DNA of 64,000 nucleotides. Source: Phoronis australis. Taxonomy: Eukaryota; Animalia; Phoronida. Shown here one piece after another: positions 62,501-64,000 of this stretch; within the stretch, counting starts at the first letter, position 1; each line of letters opens with the position of its first letter. Below the pieces are notes generated by a model that was not told the origin of the DNA, searched no databases, and saw only the letters and a program-made list of their open reading frames with translations. A program made the translations under genes and the position numbers. The stretch covers positions 133,632 to 197,631 of the forward strand of contig NMRA01000327.1 of NCBI GenBank assembly GCA_002633005.1. Direction: 5' to 3'.

Positions 62501-62624
62501 GAAGTGGCTCCTCCTAATGAAGCCACAGCAGTGTTTGGTAAAATGTTGGCAGCTCCTGTATTTCCTCCTACAAATCCACTTTGATCACCAGGTGGCGCCA
62601 GAGGAATATTTTCACTGCCAGCTG
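37177..62624 (-). CDS. mipol1: Mirror-image polydactyly gene 1 protein orthologue (coiled-coil); 9 coding exons found, 5'-incomplete
   Basis: join complement(62329..62624, 60193..60298, 59511..59640, 55047..55089, 54279..54443, 53609..53695, 41445..41539, 40951..41181, 37177..37243) = 1220 nt, all GT-AG and phase-consistent. The peptides AQKERDAAVMGRLRLANEERDEA, ITAEEMQAILEERD, RVYYSLHKSLSQE and KLERLVSVLRRKV match vertebrate MIPOL1 as I recall it, in the same order. Position next to FoxA agrees. Confidence 0.93.
40378..40490. repeat. 45-bp tandem repeat, about 2.5 units
   Basis: ataaataacaagtcatttatatataactgaccaagtcattgat at 40378 and 40423. Confidence 0.85.
40583..40945. repeat. ~360-bp polypyrimidine/polypurine low-complexity tract
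   Basis: Almost G-free C/T-rich run with recurring catcactcc / ctccctctctc, directly after a MIPOL1 splice donor. Confidence 0.9.
40951..41181 (-). CDS. mipol1: MIPOL1 exon: (S)LHKSLSQEASLRDQF...REATENCQ(K)
   Basis: Acceptor ctctctcttggctag|C CTG; donor CAG AA|gtgagt; 231 nt. Confidence 0.93.
41445..41539 (-). CDS. mipol1: MIPOL1 exon: AKLMATQQERDMALAKVRRLEDELQNVRVYY(S)
   Basis: Acceptor ttttttttcag|GCC; donor TAC AG|gtgaga; 95 nt. Confidence 0.93.
43778..44008. repeat. 109-bp tandem duplication (2 units plus a partial)
   Basis: cactta(t/c)ttccatctgcactgtttatc... at 43778 and 43887. Confidence 0.9.
44848..44969. repeat. 37-bp tandem repeat, about 3.3 units
   Basis: aaacagcccatacacacatgaggcatgatgttcactc at 44848, 44885 and 44922. 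Confidence 0.95.
47008..47282. mobile_element. Foldback MITE with long imperfect TIRs and TTAA-type ends
   Basis: The left arm TTAA|agctgcattt...aaattaagccttttactctcataaaat..aatattccttacc pairs with the right arm ggtaaagaatatt..attttattagagtaaaagacctaattt...aaatgtgact|TGAA. Confidence 0.7.
48035..48127. repeat. 42-bp tandem repeat, about 2.2 units
   Basis: ccacacacagttggaacaagcatagggccactagcaagagca at 48035 and 48077. Confidence 0.95.
53609..53695 (-). CDS. mipol1: MIPOL1 exon: AKQLEHELLKYKKAGNTMSSNKEQEKALK
   Basis: Acceptor tcttttttaag|GCC; donor AAG|gtaatt; 87 nt, phase 0-0. Confidence 0.9.
54279..54443 (-). CDS. mipol1: MIPOL1 exon: IEVLSKITD...ITAEEMQAILEERDSIIVK
   Basis: Acceptor ttttgtgttcag|ATT; donor AAG|gtaggt; 165 nt, phase 0-0. 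Confidence 0.92.
55047..55089 (-). CDS. mipol1: MIPOL1 43-nt exon: (D)SDDTSEVGVESGDM
   Basis: Acceptor ttgtattatag|T TCT; donor ATG|gtaagc. It supplies exactly the phase 2 to phase 0 bridge required between its neighbours. Confidence 0.8.
55733..57681. repeat. ~975-bp direct duplication joined at an N; probable assembly artefact
   Basis: 55733..56713 and 56715..57681 are near-identical (scattered SNPs, different (CA)n length) and meet exactly at the N at 56714. Confidence 0.9.
59072..59214. repeat. 43-bp tandem repeat, about 3.4 units
   Basis: caagtgatgtcaccagtcaaagcagtcttgagtgtagtaacac at 59072, 59115 and 59158. Confidence 0.9.
59511..59640 (-). CDS. mipol1: MIPOL1 exon: (E)LVEQIYKAQKERDAAVMGRLRLANEERDEALTKLERLQKGLD
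   Basis: Acceptor attcttgcag|AG CTG; donor GAT GA|gtgagt; 130 nt. Confidence 0.93.
60193..60298 (-). CDS. mipol1: MIPOL1 exon: LSDRLYEAQKELEALKLHEKTKEAEIDERIAGRAG
   Basis: Acceptor cattgccag|CTC; donor GGG G|gtaaga; 106 nt. Confidence 0.9.
60539..61893 (-). mobile_element. Second, more decayed copy of the THAP-bearing Kolobok-like family, inverted, in a MIPOL1 intron
   Basis: TTAA at 60539-60542 and 61890-61893. 60543 onward (aggagagtaccaccaaaaaac...tcaatttagatcgagtagt) is the reverse complement of the right end of 5110..6038. ~61560..61889 is the reverse complement of its left end, including the THAP region (aagaatgaaaa...caagtatgagg). Confidence 0.85.
62329..62624 (-). CDS. mipol1: MIPOL1 most 5' coding exon found: AGSENIPLAPPG...QIASLLKELDAAKDLNKK
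   Basis: Acceptor ggttctctag|CA GCT (phase 1; NAGNAG alternative at 62621); donor AAG|gtatgg; open for 296 nt. LLKELD..NKK matches MIPOL1. Confidence 0.85.
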
Positions 62625-62762
62625 CTAGAGAACCAAAGATAAAAAAACCACTTTTATTAAAGACTTTTTCATAAATTTAGGCAGCATTGTGTTACATTCA
62701 GTCAGTTATGCTAGTTTCAAAATCACCTCACATGTTGGAAAATAATTTATCAGAGCCTGAAA

Positions 62763-63290
62763 TTAAAAGGGGACTGTAGTCAAAATAATGTTGCAGTTAA
62801 TTGGTTCTAACATACAAATAAAACTCACATTTGCCTGACTTGCGTGCCAAACAAAAGCCAATTCGTATTCATGGTCAAAACACAGAATTCTGAAAGCGAT
62901 CGCTGATTGGCTGATGTGTCAGTGACGTGAACGGCGGGGTATCGGCTGCTTTGCACATTCATATTTGAAGAGTTTACATCGTAATTTATCATTGTATCAA
63001 TTGTCCTTATTTTTATTGTTTGCCACAGTGCTGTAAAAGGTTCGCTATGCCTTTTTGTATGGCACCTGGTTGCTCAAATTCTTCGAAAAAGGCGTCTTCT
63101 AAAGGAATGGTCATCGCATACCATCGCCGGGTTACCCAAGCCTTGGCCCAAAGCTCAGTGTATACTAGATATAGGCCTACAGGTTTAAGCCGATATGGGT
63201 AAAAATGTACAAATAAAATCTGACTCAAATAAATGTCATTAAAACTAAGTCATCCTTGAGTAAACCTAGGAACCAGGTTCCTAGAGTATA
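62763..63290 (+). mobile_element. Possible third Kolobok-like element with a THAP N-terminal remnant; right boundary unknown
   Basis: TTAA|aaggggactgtagtc at 62763, then a CCAAT/CRE-like promoter (~62903-62930) and an acceptor-like tttgccacag. ATG 63047 gives MPFCMAPGCSNSSKK (THAP start pattern C-x2-4-C-x-N). No matching right TIR was identified. Confidence 0.45.
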
Positions 63291-64000
63291 CTAACTTCTG
63301 TATTTATCGGTGTTGGAAATGTTAGCGATCGTTCATCGGCTGCTGCTAGTAAAATTGTGATGTGTTCTCTTGAGACGGCTTTTTGCGATTACGTCACCTG
63401 ACCTTTACCAGTTTCTTTTCCCCTGATTCTTTTATCAAGTGTTCATCGCTGACGGTACCTAGGTTGCGTACATGTTATAACAAATTATCGGAACTTGTTT
63501 CATTTAGTTTCAACTTTTTAGTATTTTTACACAAGCAAACCGAATTTTAGAACAACCTTGGTGCTGCGAAGCTGTCATCATGTCCCGAAAGACGTCTCAA
63601 ATTTTTATGACATGGCGCGTGCTGTTTTTGAAACGGACGACACACTTCTTAGTAAAAAGGTGGCAAATTATGCTACCAAATGACGTTTATTTGATTGTTT
63701 TCCACTGAAACGGCTGCAACGAACAATGGGAGTGTCGGGTGACTACCAGATTTTGCATGCGCCACCGCCGGTCCGTTAGCTTTATATGTTGATGTAGCCT
63801 AAGTTTTACGACGAGGTGACGAGCATAACTGAGTCAACTATACCCGGGTAGTCAACGGCTGTCTGAAATTTCGGGGTTAACGGAGCTCAACACACAGTGG
63901 TACGATAGTCTTCATACAGCTACAGTCGGTAATTTACCAACCCTTCAAGTTTACAGAGCTGAGTATTAGCTGACAGCTGGCTGACTGGATGGCTAGAGTC

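Noticed and set aside
63915-63935. Right TIR of the element starting at 62763
   Set aside because: Only ctacagtc matches; the terminal cccctt-TTAA is absent.

Overview
This is eukaryotic DNA from a bilaterian invertebrate (AT-rich, spliceosomal introns, microsatellites, MITEs); it is not prokaryotic, and there is no CRISPR array or operon. The core is an intronless FoxA (forkhead/HNF3) gene on + (15793..16992). It lies tail-to-tail, across about 20 kb of gene-free DNA, with a spliced MIPOL1 orthologue on -. I reconstructed 9 MIPOL1 coding exons by hand (62624 down to 37177). All have GT-AG boundaries and consistent phases and give about 405 aa; the first exon was not found in the window. The FoxA-MIPOL1 pair matches one end of the known nkx2.1/nkx2.2/pax1-9/slc25a21/mipol1/foxA 'pharyngeal' microsynteny block. 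The window opens with the terminal exon of an unidentified single-pass membrane protein whose 3' end has been locally re-duplicated. Mobile DNA includes TTAA-flanked, THAP-bearing Kolobok-like non-autonomous elements and CA...TG-ended GC-rich MITEs with 5-bp target-site duplications. There are also tRNA-derived SINE heads and many tandem repeats. The most interesting signals are regulatory: CpG-retaining, motif-dense islands inside the CpG-depleted MIPOL1 intron, an Otx/Fox/T-box/RFX cluster downstream of FoxA, and paired miR-183/263-type and Pumilio sites in the FoxA 3' UTR. I did not find evidence for a wholly new protein-coding system.
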